The notes: generated by a model from the sequence alone, not told the origin. Positions 8,252-16,540 are shown, numbered from the stretch's first letter. The stretch is DNA of 22,492 bases from Chlamydiota bacterium (GCA_947494155.1 CANLTW010000019.1:1-22492); one strand, 5' to 3'. Numbers and translations: made by a program.

Positions 8252-11200
8252 ACTAAAACCTGTTTTGCGATCTCTAGTTCACACTCTTCTACCTCTTTGA
8301 AGACGAAATCCACTTTTAAGGCGAGGACCTCTTGTTTAAAAAACTCTAAGTGTTTGGAAACCGCGTCTATCACCTCTTGCCCGGCGAAAATGGTGAGATG
8401 GATCCGATCCTGCACCTCTAGCCCCTCCTCTTTGCGGCGCGTGTTGACCCGATTTACGAGCTCTCTGACAATCCCCTCTTGAATCAACTCTTTCGTAAGA
8501 GCCGTGTCGATCAGTGCTACAACCTTCCCGAACGAGGCAGCGACCAGCCCTTCAATAGGGTTAAGAATCACCTCAACATCATTTTCGCTTAGTGAGAAGC
8601 TCTCCCCCTCCAGTGGCAAAACCACCTCAGATCCCTCTAAAAGAGCCAAAATGTCCTGCTGATCAAGCTGTTGAATTTTCTTAGCAGCCTCCTGCACCTT
8701 GCTACCCAAGCGGGCACCGAGGCCTCTCCAGTTGGGTTTAAGAGTTAATTTGATCTTATTTCCTGCTTCAGACGCGATGGCAAGCTCTTTGATGTTGAGT
8801 TCTTCTAAAATCTGCTCCTGACCATTTTGTAAAGCCTCTACAATCGCAGGCTCTTTTGTGATCAACGTGATACGGCTCAAAGGCTGGCGTACTTTTAACT
8901 TGTGCGACTTTCTCAGCTGGTGGCCTAAGTTTACAACGCGTTGTACAATAGCTGTGCTCTCCTCAAGCTTCTCATCGATCAGATAAAGATCGGGTTGAGG
9001 AATCAGATTTCCATGGACGCTTGAAGGATCATTTTCCTTGCGCAACTCCTGATACAGAGCTTCAGCAAGAAAAGGGGCAAAAGGTGCTAAAAGGATCACA
9101 ATATCTTTGAGAACCATGTACAGCGTCTCGAAAGCTTCGAGATTTTCTTCCCAGAAGCGGTGTCTAGAGCGGCGGATATACCAATTCGTTAACTCATCCA
9201 CAAATTGGTAGATCGGATCGATAGCTCTATCTAAAGCATACCCATCCATAGCCTCTATGACCTGCCTGATCAACCCCTCTTTCTTTGAGACAATCCAGCG
9301 GTCTAAAGGATGGTTCGAACGGAGATTCTTCGGATGAAAGCCGGCTAACGATGCGTACGTTGAAAGGAATTGGTAAGCATTGCGCAACGGAATAAAAAGC
9401 TTTCTAACAATCTCTTCGACCCCTTTTTCGCTAAAGCGCAAATCCTCAGCTCTCACAGCCTGACTATGGAGAAGGTAGCAGCGAATGCTATCTGCGCCAA
9501 ATTTTTGAATCACGTCATTTGGATCGGGGTAGTTTTTGAGTTTTTTGGACATTTTTTGGCCGTCTTCGGCAAGGATGATACCATTCACGATGATATTTTT
9601 TGCAGCGGGCAAATCGAAAAGGGCAACGGACAGAACATTTAAAGTGTAAAACCAGCCACGCGTCTGATCAAGCCCCTCCCCGATGAAGTCAGCAGGAAAA
9701 CCCTTGTCAAAAGCTGTCTGATTTTCAAAAGGGTAGTGCAGTTCTGCATAAGGCATAGAACCGGATTCGAACCAACAATCGAAAATATCCTTAATCCGGT
9801 GATACTCTTTACCATTTTTATGGATAACCAACTGATCGATAAAGTGGCGGTGGATGTCGTTGCCTTTAAAACCGGTATGCTCAGAGAGCTCTTTCAGGCT
9901 TGAAATGACTAGGATCTCCCCATCTTTGGCACGCCAAATAGGGATAGGCGTTCCCCAGTAACGGCTCCTACTGATCGACCAATCTCTAGCTTGCTCCAAC
10001 CATTTTCCAAACCTACCGGATTGAATATGATCTGGGACCCAGTGGACTTTTTTGTTGTTTTCGATCAAACGCTCTTTGATCGCTTCTACTTTAACAAACC
10101 AGGAGGAGACGGCACGGTAAATGAGCGGAGTATCCGATCTCCAGCAGAATGGGTAGCTATGGCGGAATGTTGTGTGGGAAAACACCTTCCCTTCCTCTTT
10201 AAGGCGACGCAGGATCACTTTGTCGGCATCCTTAATGTACATCCCTGCAAAATCGCTCACCTGTGCAGTGAATGTCCCCTCCTCTGTCACTGGGCAGACC
10301 AGAGGTATCCCTGCCTGCTTACAAGCCTCAAAATCCTCCTCTCCAAATGCAGGTGCCATATGGACAATCCCGGTACCTGTTTCGGCCGTAACAAAAGTTT
10401 GAGCGAGTACTTTAAATGCGTTCGATTGATTTTTGAAATAGGGAAAAAGGGGCTCATAGCCAAAACCTGCAAGCTCTGCCCCTTTTCTTATCCGGATGAT
10501 TTCTGCCTCTTGGGGAAAATGATCGGCAACTTTGGAGTTTAAAAGAGTGTACTCCTTGCCCTCGTGCAAAACTGTCGCGTAGTCGAAATCGGGATGCACA
10601 GCAAGAGCCAGATTTGAGGGAAGCGTCCATGGTGTTGTCGTCCAGGCTAAAAATACCCCCTTTTCCTCTTTGATGGAAAATTGGATCACAACAGACGGAT
10701 CTTGAACCTCTTTATAATTCAGATTCGCTTCAAAATTTGATAACGGTGTCCCTAATTTTGTAGAAAAAGGCATTACTTTGAAGCCTTCGTAGATCAGCCC
10801 TTTTTGATGCAGCTGCCCAAAAACCCACCAGACCGACTCCATAAAGGTCGTGTCCATAGTTTTGTAACCGCCTTCAAAATCGACCCAGCGGCCCATCCTG
10901 AAAACGGTACTTTTCCACTCATTGGTATATTTAAGAACAATACCGCGACACGCTTCATTGAACCGATCAATACCATACTCTTCAATGGACGTGGGGCCGG
11001 CTAAATCGAGCTCTTTTTCCATAGCAAATTCTATAGGAACACCGTGGCAATCCCAGCCAAATCGGCTTGGGGCATAGCGCCCTTTCATCGTCTGATATCT
11101 TAAGACCGTGTCCTTGATTGTCCCAGCAAGAAGGTGCCCGTAGTGGGGTAGCCCGGTTGCGAAAGGTGGGCCGTCATAGAAACCGAACAGTTCCCCACTT

Positions 11201-11289
11201 TTTCTTGACTCAAGAATTTTTTTATAGGTTTGCTGTTTCTGCCAGATCTCTAAAACGTCCAATTCGCTCAGCAATTTCTTCCCAAACAT
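8248..11289 (-). CDS. ileS: isoleucine--tRNA ligase (type 2, eukaryote/archaea-like)
   Basis: DGPPFATGLPHYGH (HIGH motif), GWDCHG, WTTTPWTLPSN, DWSISRSRYWG, EGLDQTRGWF and KMSKK; extended C-terminus without the type-1 zinc finger. Confidence 0.98.
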   Translation of the reverse strand: MFGKKLLSELDVLEIWQKQQTYKKILESRKSGELFGFYDGPPFATGLPHYGHLLAGTIKDTVLRYQTMKGRYAPSRFGWDCHGVPIEFAMEKELDLAGPTSIEEYGIDRFNEACRGIVLKYTNEWKSTVFRMGRWVDFEGGYKTMDTTFMESVWWVFGQLHQKGLIYEGFKVMPFSTKLGTPLSNFEANLNYKEVQDPSVVIQFSIKEEKGVFLAWTTTPWTLPSNLALAVHPDFDYATVLHEGKEYTLLNSKVADHFPQEAEIIRIRKGAELAGFGYEPLFPYFKNQSNAFKVLAQTFVTAETGTGIVHMAPAFGEEDFEACKQAGIPLVCPVTEEGTFTAQVSDFAGMYIKDADKVILRRLKEEGKVFSHTTFRHSYPFCWRSDTPLIYRAVSSWFVKVEAIKERLIENNKKVHWVPDHIQSGRFGKWLEQARDWSISRSRYWGTPIPIWRAKDGEILVISSLKELSEHTGFKGNDIHRHFIDQLVIHKNGKEYHRIKDIFDCWFESGSMPYAELHYPFENQTAFDKGFPADFIGEGLDQTRGWFYTLNVLSVALFDLPAAKNIIVNGIILAEDGQKMSKKLKNYPDPNDVIQKFGADSIRCYLLHSQAVRAEDLRFSEKGVEEIVRKLFIPLRNAYQFLSTYASLAGFHPKNLRSNHPLDRWIVSKKEGLIRQVIEAMDGYALDRAIDPIYQFVDELTNWYIRRSRHRFWEENLEAFETLYMVLKDIVILLAPFAPFLAEALYQELRKENDPSSVHGNLIPQPDLYLIDEKLEESTAIVQRVVNLGHQLRKSHKLKVRQPLSRITLITKEPAIVEALQNGQEQILEELNIKELAIASEAGNKIKLTLKPNWRGLGARLGSKVQEAAKKIQQLDQQDILALLEGSEVVLPLEGESFSLSENDVEVILNPIEGLVAASFGKVVALIDTALTKELIQEGIVRELVNRVNTRRKEEGLEVQDRIHLTIFAGQEVIDAVSKHLEFFKQEVLALKVDFVFKEVEECELEIAKQVLV

Positions 11290-11316
11290 AGGCCTTCTTC
11301 AAGTAATATTAAGGGT

Positions 11317-11346
11317 ATTATGCCCAAAAGCACGATATAAGCTCAA
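11317..11346 (-). promoter_or_regulatory. putative sigma70/sigma66-type promoter of ileS
   Basis: Minus strand TTGAGC-N18-CATAAT about 28 nt upstream of the ATG; GAAGG RBS-like sequence just before the start. Confidence 0.4.
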
Positions 11347-11545
11347 TTTAAGATTCAGCCTCTCCCTTTTGAAAAATGTACCCTAGACAAAAAAACAGCT
11401 GGGGAGCCCCCCCCTAATTCCATGCACTTTTTAAGGTCATGAAACCCTATTCGCCCCGGCTTAGCCACCCTCATTTGCACCAATTTGACCCTACTTTAGC
11501 CTAAATGATTGGTTACGTATCCCCTACCGGATACGCTTGTAAAGG

Positions 11546-11574
11546 TCGACAATTAAAGGGTTTTGTGCTATAGT
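11546..11574 (+). promoter_or_regulatory. ssrA promoter (-35 TCGACA, extended -10 TGcTATAGT)
   Basis: TCGACA (11546-51), 17-nt spacer, TATAGT (11569-74) with TG at 11566-67; 7 nt upstream of the tmRNA 5' end. Confidence 0.75.
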
Positions 11575-11581
11575 AATGAGT

Positions 11582-11968
11582 GGGGGCGTACTGGTTTCGA
11601 CTTGGTAGTCGAGGTTCAGGTGGCATGCAGAGGACGTCGGTTGGCCTCTTTAATCATTCCGGCACAGCAGATAACTGCAAAACGTGAAGATGCAGAAATG
11701 CTTCTCGCCGCTTAATACCTAACAGTAGTAAGTAGCCGATCTCCTTAGGTTGGACCAAGGATTTAAGATGAGATCGTTATAATCTTGGTACGGACACCAC
11801 AGTTTCATCCTGTGGGTGGTGTTCAAGTTGCACAGGGTCGCTTTTTTTTGTTTTAGGTTGCTCAAGTTCCGCCGACAAAAATAAAGCGTAAAATGATAAC
11901 TTGGGCTAAGCATGTAGTCATTTGGGGTGAAGCTATTGAGCACGAGAGTTCGATTCTCTCCGCCTCCA
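11582..11968 (+). ncRNA. ssrA: tmRNA (transfer-messenger RNA), 387 nt; CCA not encoded
   Basis: 5' GGGGGCGTACTGGTTTCGAC and 3' GAGAGTTCGATTCTCTCCGCCTCCA. Acceptor stem GGGGGCG/CGCCTCC has the alanine G3:U pair and discriminator A. T-arm GAGAG-TTCGATT-CTCTC; internal tag ORF present. Confidence 0.97.
11677..11715 (+). other. tmRNA proteolysis-tag reading frame (A)AKREDAEMLLAA*
   Basis: Canonical ATAACT|GCA resume context, then GCA AAA CGT GAA GAT GCA GAA ATG CTT CTC GCC GCT TAA, ending in LAA. Confidence 0.92.
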
Positions 11969-12175
11969 ATTGGTTGGACACTCTTTGTATCCAATCATGG
12001 TATTAAACGGCTCACACACCTGTGTGAGCATGTTTTTACCATCTAATTTCAAGTTCTGAAACATCAAATTCAAAAGTTGTCGTTTTTCACCCACTTTACA
12101 ACTCTCAAAGATTTCTCTAGTCCTAGAAGCTAAGTTTAGCACTGTAGTGGCCGTGATGTAGTTTTCATCAGCATG
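11933..12175 (-). pseudogene. C-terminal remnant of a large serine recombinase (integrase)
   Basis: Frame reads HADENYITATTVLNLASRTREIFESCKVGEKRQLLNLMFQNLKLDGK...EPFN...WRRRESNSRAQ*, resembling C-terminal tails of tRNA-targeting large serine recombinases (recalled pattern). The last 12 codons are antisense to the tmRNA 3' end; the catalytic domain is missing. Confidence 0.75.
12010..12038 (+). terminator. probable intrinsic terminator of ssrA, inside the recombinase remnant (antisense)
   Basis: GCTCACAC-acct-GTGTGAGC perfect stem followed by ATGTTTTT, 41 nt downstream of the tmRNA end. Confidence 0.55.
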
Positions 12176-12360
12176 GTAATAAATTGTCCAGTCTTTGTCG
12201 GAGTGGTCTTCGCTAACCGAAACTTAACCATCAGATCATTCATTTTAAATTCAGAGGCTGCATATTCTTCGCTTTCCATCTCTATTGCAAAATGGTCCAT
12301 GGTCAACCTATTGGGTTCGTATGCAATTTTTTTGAGCTGCAATATGATCGGGATAATGAA
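12176..12360 (-). pseudogene. N-terminal fragment of MepB-family protein
   Basis: EMESEEYAASEFKMNDLMVKFRLAKTTPTKTGQFIT matches the MepB ES.EY.A...FR.AK.TP.K.GQF.T pattern but is truncated right after it. An apparent +1 frameshift lies in an A7 run near 12327-12333. Confidence 0.75.
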
Positions 12361-12563
12361 TGTGGAGGAATTTTTTTTTACTAAGATTGGCTCATCTAAG
12401 GTTTTTCTTACAGATGGTAGAGAGTATATTCAATTTATCCCATTGGAAAGTTCTGAATGTGTCTCTTTGCCTCCAAATAAAAATCAGGCCCGGTTTTCCA
12501 AGCCCTTTTTTATTAGCTGGTTTTTCTTTGGTAAGCTGCCTGGTTCAACTAATGGTAAAAAAC

Positions 12564-13544
12564 CTAACCTCGTTGGAATATCTTCACTTTGTCTTTTTTT
12601 ATGTAGTCTAAAAACCGAGGATTGAAGTAGGTAGGGTCCTTTGTGTCTTGAGAGAAGTCTCTTATAAACCCTATACTTTTCATATAATGATCGATGTCGT
12701 TTCCGGAATTAATCGTGTTCTTATACTGGTCATTTTCTGCTTCAATAGTGATGTATATAACACGCTCTGCTAGGTAGTTACCGGCACTTTTTGCTATATC
12801 AAGATCGGAGCCTTGAGCATCTATTTTTATGTATTCTATAACAGGGTGTGTATCAAAAGGGAAAAGATCAAAAAAATTAGACAGCCGAAAGAGGGGTACT
12901 TCGACAACTTTTTCCACTGCAAAATATTTAGGTTGATACAAGCTAGAACAGCCACAATCCCCCTGTGTAATGTAAAAATTCACAAATCCTCCTGAGAGCA
13001 ATCCCAGGGCACAGGGAATTACAAAAAAACTTTCCCCTACGTAACATGGATTTAAAGGATCGCCATGAGAGGGATGCCGCTTAATAGCCCCCTGTTTTAT
13101 CGTATTCACAGAGTTTAGATTAGGCTCAAATCCAAATACCCACAAATCGCTCTCATGAGAAAGCCACTGTTGAGACATAGGCGCGTTATAAGACAATCCG
13201 ATGTCTAGTTTAATATGTTTAATATAGGGTGGTATGTCTATTTTCCCATCTTCTCTTAAGGGGATGTGCGAGGCAATAAATTGCTGCATGACATTACAGT
13301 AAGTAGAACTGCAGAACATAGTGAAGCTTAAAATCAAAGAAAATAAAGTCAGATTTGAGATGCATGAAAGCGCCGTAAATGTGGATTTTTCTTCTTTAAT
13401 TTGCATAAGGCACTTGATCATAGGAGTTCTCTTAATGATTGTTAAATACAAATCAAAATAGCATAAAAAAAATTTAATGTCATGTACATCTTTTAAGGGG
13501 GATTTCTTTGGCGTAAAAACTATTTTTTTAGATAGATTACCCAT
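12564..13544 (-). CDS. FkbM-family SAM-dependent methyltransferase
   Basis: LDIG, VFGFEPN, CALG, GCSSL and YIKIDAQGSDLDI motifs; hydrophobic N-terminal anchor. The true start is probably downstream of 13544 (e.g. MIKCLM). Confidence 0.82.
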   Translation of the reverse strand: MGNLSKKIVFTPKKSPLKDVHDIKFFLCYFDLYLTIIKRTPMIKCLMQIKEEKSTFTALSCISNLTLFSLILSFTMFCSSTYCNVMQQFIASHIPLREDGKIDIPPYIKHIKLDIGLSYNAPMSQQWLSHESDLWVFGFEPNLNSVNTIKQGAIKRHPSHGDPLNPCYVGESFFVIPCALGLLSGGFVNFYITQGDCGCSSLYQPKYFAVEKVVEVPLFRLSNFFDLFPFDTHPVIEYIKIDAQGSDLDIAKSAGNYLAERVIYITIEAENDQYKNTINSGNDIDHYMKSIGFIRDFSQDTKDPTYFNPRFLDYIKKDKVKIFQRG

Positions 13545-14308
13545 TCTTCTCCTTAAAACCTGGTATCAAATAGCAAGAATCATATTAAGATTATAGAGAT
13601 TGACCTCTCGTTGGACGCTTCTTTCCTCACTTTGAACTAGTAAGTAACCCTTACTAGTTGACTTTTGAACCTTTTCCTATCAAAAGTTCTGATAGCATCT
13701 CCCCACATCCATCTTTTTTCAAAGGCTTTACCTATGCAAGTAAAGCCTTATTTTTTTTTGCTATAAAATCAGGACCTGGTCGAGCTCGTATAAAGTCGTA
13801 AAAACCGGGGTACTTTTTTCGCGTATTTTTCTAGCACCATTCCCATATTGGTGTGGCTATTCTCAATTTACAACTGCCACTGACGTCTCCAGAGGGGAGC
13901 CAACTTAGCTTCTCTTATTAATTTTTCATGCGAAAAATACCCATTAGAATGATGTATTGCATTACATCAAGAAGCAAAGCAGAATTTGTTGTTTGAGTAT
14001 TTAGGGGTAATTTTTCCATGGTGCAGTAAGTTTCTAGGGCTGGAATTTAACAATCTTGGGAAATGTTTAGGCAAGAATCCTCTTTTGCAGGCGACAAGAG
14101 TATAACGAAATCTTGTCCTTTTACTTTTGCTCTGGCTAAAATTTGATCCCTGTTGTTGATTGCACAAGCCCTTATCCACAGAGAAAACGATGGGGGTTAG
14201 AGCCAAAAAATAAAAGACCATTATGGGTTTGAAGTCTCTCTATTAAATAATTTTGATATTTTAAAAATACTTTTTATGAGATGAGATCATTTAAGAGTGG
14301 GGATTTTC

Positions 14309-14689
14309 ATGGTATATGCTTTTATGTCTATAGGTATTGGAGCGACTTTAGGAGCTTGGCTGCGATGGTGGTTTGGCCTAACAATGAACTCGATCTTCCC
14401 GACAATTCCCTTGGGTACTTTGACTGCTAATATTTTAGGAGGATTTCTCATGGGGCTATTCATGGCCTTAACCCGAAATCATGCATTCATTCCTGAAACA
14501 GCTCGACTCGCTATCATGACTGGGTTTCTTGGCGGCTTAACGACCTTTTCTACTTTTTCGGCAGAGACTGTAACATTACTTTCTAACCAAGAATATCTCT
14601 GGACTGCCGTCATTATCATCGGGCACGTTGTTGGGAGTATTCTAGCCACCATCTTTGGGATTTACGTATTTAAGTTTTTTACATTTTAG
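14309..14689 (+). CDS. crcB: fluoride ion channel CrcB/FluC
   Basis: GATLGAWLR, PLGTLTANILGGFLMG and TGFLGGLTTFSTFSAET; 4 TM; ATG 14309 with GGGGA RBS (alternative GTG 14297). Confidence 0.96.
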   Translation: MVYAFMSIGIGATLGAWLRWWFGLTMNSIFPTIPLGTLTANILGGFLMGLFMALTRNHAFIPETARLAIMTGFLGGLTTFSTFSAETVTLLSNQEYLWTAVIIIGHVVGSILATIFGIYVFKFFTF

Positions 14690-14697
14690 GAGTGATC

Positions 14698-15015
14698 ATG
14701 AATGGAGTTTGTTTGAGTCTGCATATGTATGAATTTCAAAAACATCATGGAATGGCTCTCTATGAATGGGTTTTGGAGTTTGCAAAAAAAAATGGCCTAG
14801 AGGGTGGATCAGCTTATCGTGCTATAGCAGGTTATGGCCGCCACGGGAAAATGCACGAAGAGCACTTTTTTGAACTCGCCTCTAATGTTCCATTGCAAGT
14901 TATTTTTATCTCAGAAAAAGTTAAGATTCATCAATTTATTGAAAAATTGAAGTTAGAAAACGTTCCTATATTTTATACGTTTTCTGAATGTGACTATGGG
15001 GTTTTATCTAAATGA
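14698..15015 (+). CDS. DUF190 (PII-like) protein, commonly encoded next to crcB
   Basis: LYEWVLEFAKKNGLEGGSAYRAIAGYGRHG...FFELASNVP; AGGAG RBS overlapping the crcB stop. Confidence 0.9.
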   Translation: MNGVCLSLHMYEFQKHHGMALYEWVLEFAKKNGLEGGSAYRAIAGYGRHGKMHEEHFFELASNVPLQVIFISEKVKIHQFIEKLKLENVPIFYTFSECDYGVLSK

Positions 15016-15091
15016 GTAGAATCACTTCCTTCCCTTTCCCCGATAATTAACTCATGGACTAAAATTTCTAAAAGAGGAGCTGGCATCGATT

Positions 15092-15154
15092 CAAAAGTTC
15101 TGGATGCGTCTTTTTTTCCCTTTTTTTAAGCACGGGTACCCTCTGGGTTTTTTA
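15092..15154 (+). repeat. imperfect direct repeat, copy 1
   Basis: CAAAAGTTCTGGATGCGTCTTTTTTT(cccttttttt)AAGCACGGGTACCCTCTGGGTTTTTTA; first 26 nt identical to the copy at 16487. Confidence 0.85.
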
Positions 15155-15672
15155 GGCGAACATAGCATTAATTTCTCTTTTTTTTCAGAGAAGTGATACC
15201 CCTTATTATTAATAGTTTTTTCAAATCCCAGCTCACAACCTTCAGAAGCTCCTTTTGAAATAACTTTTCTTTAATGAAAGACCCCCATATAACCAACAAC
15301 CTTGCAACCACGAAAAACCTAGGAAAAATCATAATTGCACCATTTGTCCCCTTTGTTGTTGTTAAAATCCTCAGAAAAAAACCTGCAAAGACGGGTATTT
15401 TCGGGCTCCTCCAAAACCTTTTTTAGTCTATATTTATCAACTTCAAGCGATCTATTTGTAAACAAAATTAGAAATGCATTTAAATTTTTTTTAAAAAAAG
15501 TGCAATTTAATGGGCGTCTTGGTATCAAGTATGAATAACATTGCTGCTCTCTTGCAGATAAGAGGTAAGATTGTATCGGTAGAAGCAATGATAGAATCCC
15601 CCTTTTTTGTAAAATTTTTGCAAAAAAACTGGGATTGAAGGTTGACATGTATTTTTTAAAAAAGAGCTCTTT

Positions 15673-16437
15673 ATGGCTGTAGCTTTATCAGAACGCGTAT
15701 TAGATAACCCAACTCTAAATTCTGTGCTATTCATTGATCAAGAGGGACAGATTCAGATTAGAGATCAAAACAGAGCGGTGGAGGTCCTTTTACTATCCGA
15801 CGCAAACTCTATTGAACATAAAATTGTTCAAATTGCTATGAATCTTTCTCTATCTAGAGAAAATGCCTCTTTAAATGATCGGGTTGCTTTAGGTGAAAAA
15901 CAAATCTTACGACTTCTTGAAGAAAATACAAAAATTCAAGACGAATTGACTACAAAACAAATGCAGGAGGATGCTAAAGCACTCCGTGCTGCTGAAACAA
16001 AAGAGGGAATTCTAGACATTCTATCTACTCCTCTCTTTATTGTAGTCCCCCCCTTTATGCTGTTTAAGCCTATTATAGGGGCCTGTAAAATATTAATACC
16101 TGGTAGTTGTGCAATGAGAATGCGTTTAAAAGAGATGGAACTTTATAAAACTTTCCATCCAAATGCCTCCCTGACAGAGTCGTACAACTATGTAAAAGAA
16201 AATCCCTTGAATCGTGATCCAGATAATTACACTCCCCTTATAGAGCGGTTTAAGGCAAACCATCCAGAAGGCACCTATCAAGAGTGTGTTCGTTATATAA
16301 AAGAAAAACTGCGTCCTCAAACAAGACTACAACTAAAGTGTACGGGAAGAGGACCTACTGGTTTTCAATTTGTCAGGGTGAAAAATGAAACCCTTGAGAT
16401 TGAGAATTCCTCAGGAATTGGACTTTACTTATATTAG
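15673..16437 (+). CDS. hypothetical membrane-anchored protein with coiled coil and two 19-aa internal repeats
   Basis: 254 aa; coiled coil aa ~60-110; hydrophobic stretch GILDILSTPLFIVVPPFMLFKPIIGACKILIPG; repeats YKTFHPNASLTESYNYVKE and FKANHPEGTYQECVRYIKE. Confidence 0.75.
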   Translation: MAVALSERVLDNPTLNSVLFIDQEGQIQIRDQNRAVEVLLLSDANSIEHKIVQIAMNLSLSRENASLNDRVALGEKQILRLLEENTKIQDELTTKQMQEDAKALRAAETKEGILDILSTPLFIVVPPFMLFKPIIGACKILIPGSCAMRMRLKEMELYKTFHPNASLTESYNYVKENPLNRDPDNYTPLIERFKANHPEGTYQECVRYIKEKLRPQTRLQLKCTGRGPTGFQFVRVKNETLEIENSSGIGLYLY

Positions 16438-16450
16438 ACTTGTTTCTAAA

Positions 16451-16487
16451 GCTTGTTGGTTTGGATTTTAACAAATCTCCAACAAGC
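16451..16487. terminator. hairpin between convergent genes (possible terminator)
   Basis: GCTTGTTGG...CCAACAAGC 9-bp outer stem with inner GATTT/AAATC pairing, 13 nt after the 16437 stop. Confidence 0.5.
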
Positions 16488-16540
16488 AAAAGTTCTGGAT
16501 GCGTCTTTTTTTAAGCCCGGGTTCCCTCCAGGTTTTTTTA
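16487..16540 (+). repeat. imperfect direct repeat, copy 2
   Basis: CAAAAGTTCTGGATGCGTCTTTTTTTAAGCCCGGGTTCCCTCCAGGTTTTTTTA. Confidence 0.85.

Noticed and set aside
8297..11004. Several short ORFs (61-183 aa) within ileS, and similar nested ORFs in other genes
   Set aside because: They are antisense or alternate-frame shadows of well-supported genes.
11719..11994. 91-aa minus-strand ORF
   Set aside because: It is antisense to tmRNA with no protein features.
12173..12625. 150-aa and 83-aa plus-strand ORFs
   Set aside because: They are antisense to the mepB fragment and the FkbM 3' end and have no motifs.
14172..14180. Perfect DnaA box TTATCCACA
   Set aside because: It is a single copy with no neighbouring boxes seen and lies in an island, so it is not evidence for oriC.
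14180..14300. Possible fluoride riboswitch upstream of crcB (AACGATGGGGGTT)
   Set aside because: No complementary pseudoknot strand or CTGATG-like 3' element is visible.
15319..15734. Short overlapping ORFs and T/A-run palindromes upstream of the 254-aa orphan
   Set aside because: Low-complexity AT-rich sequence; possibly pseudogene debris, but no product can be supported.
15092..16540. CRISPR or integron attC interpretation of the direct repeat
   Set aside because: Only two copies 1.4 kb apart, no regular spacers, no RYYYAAC/GTTRRRY ends and no cas or intI gene.
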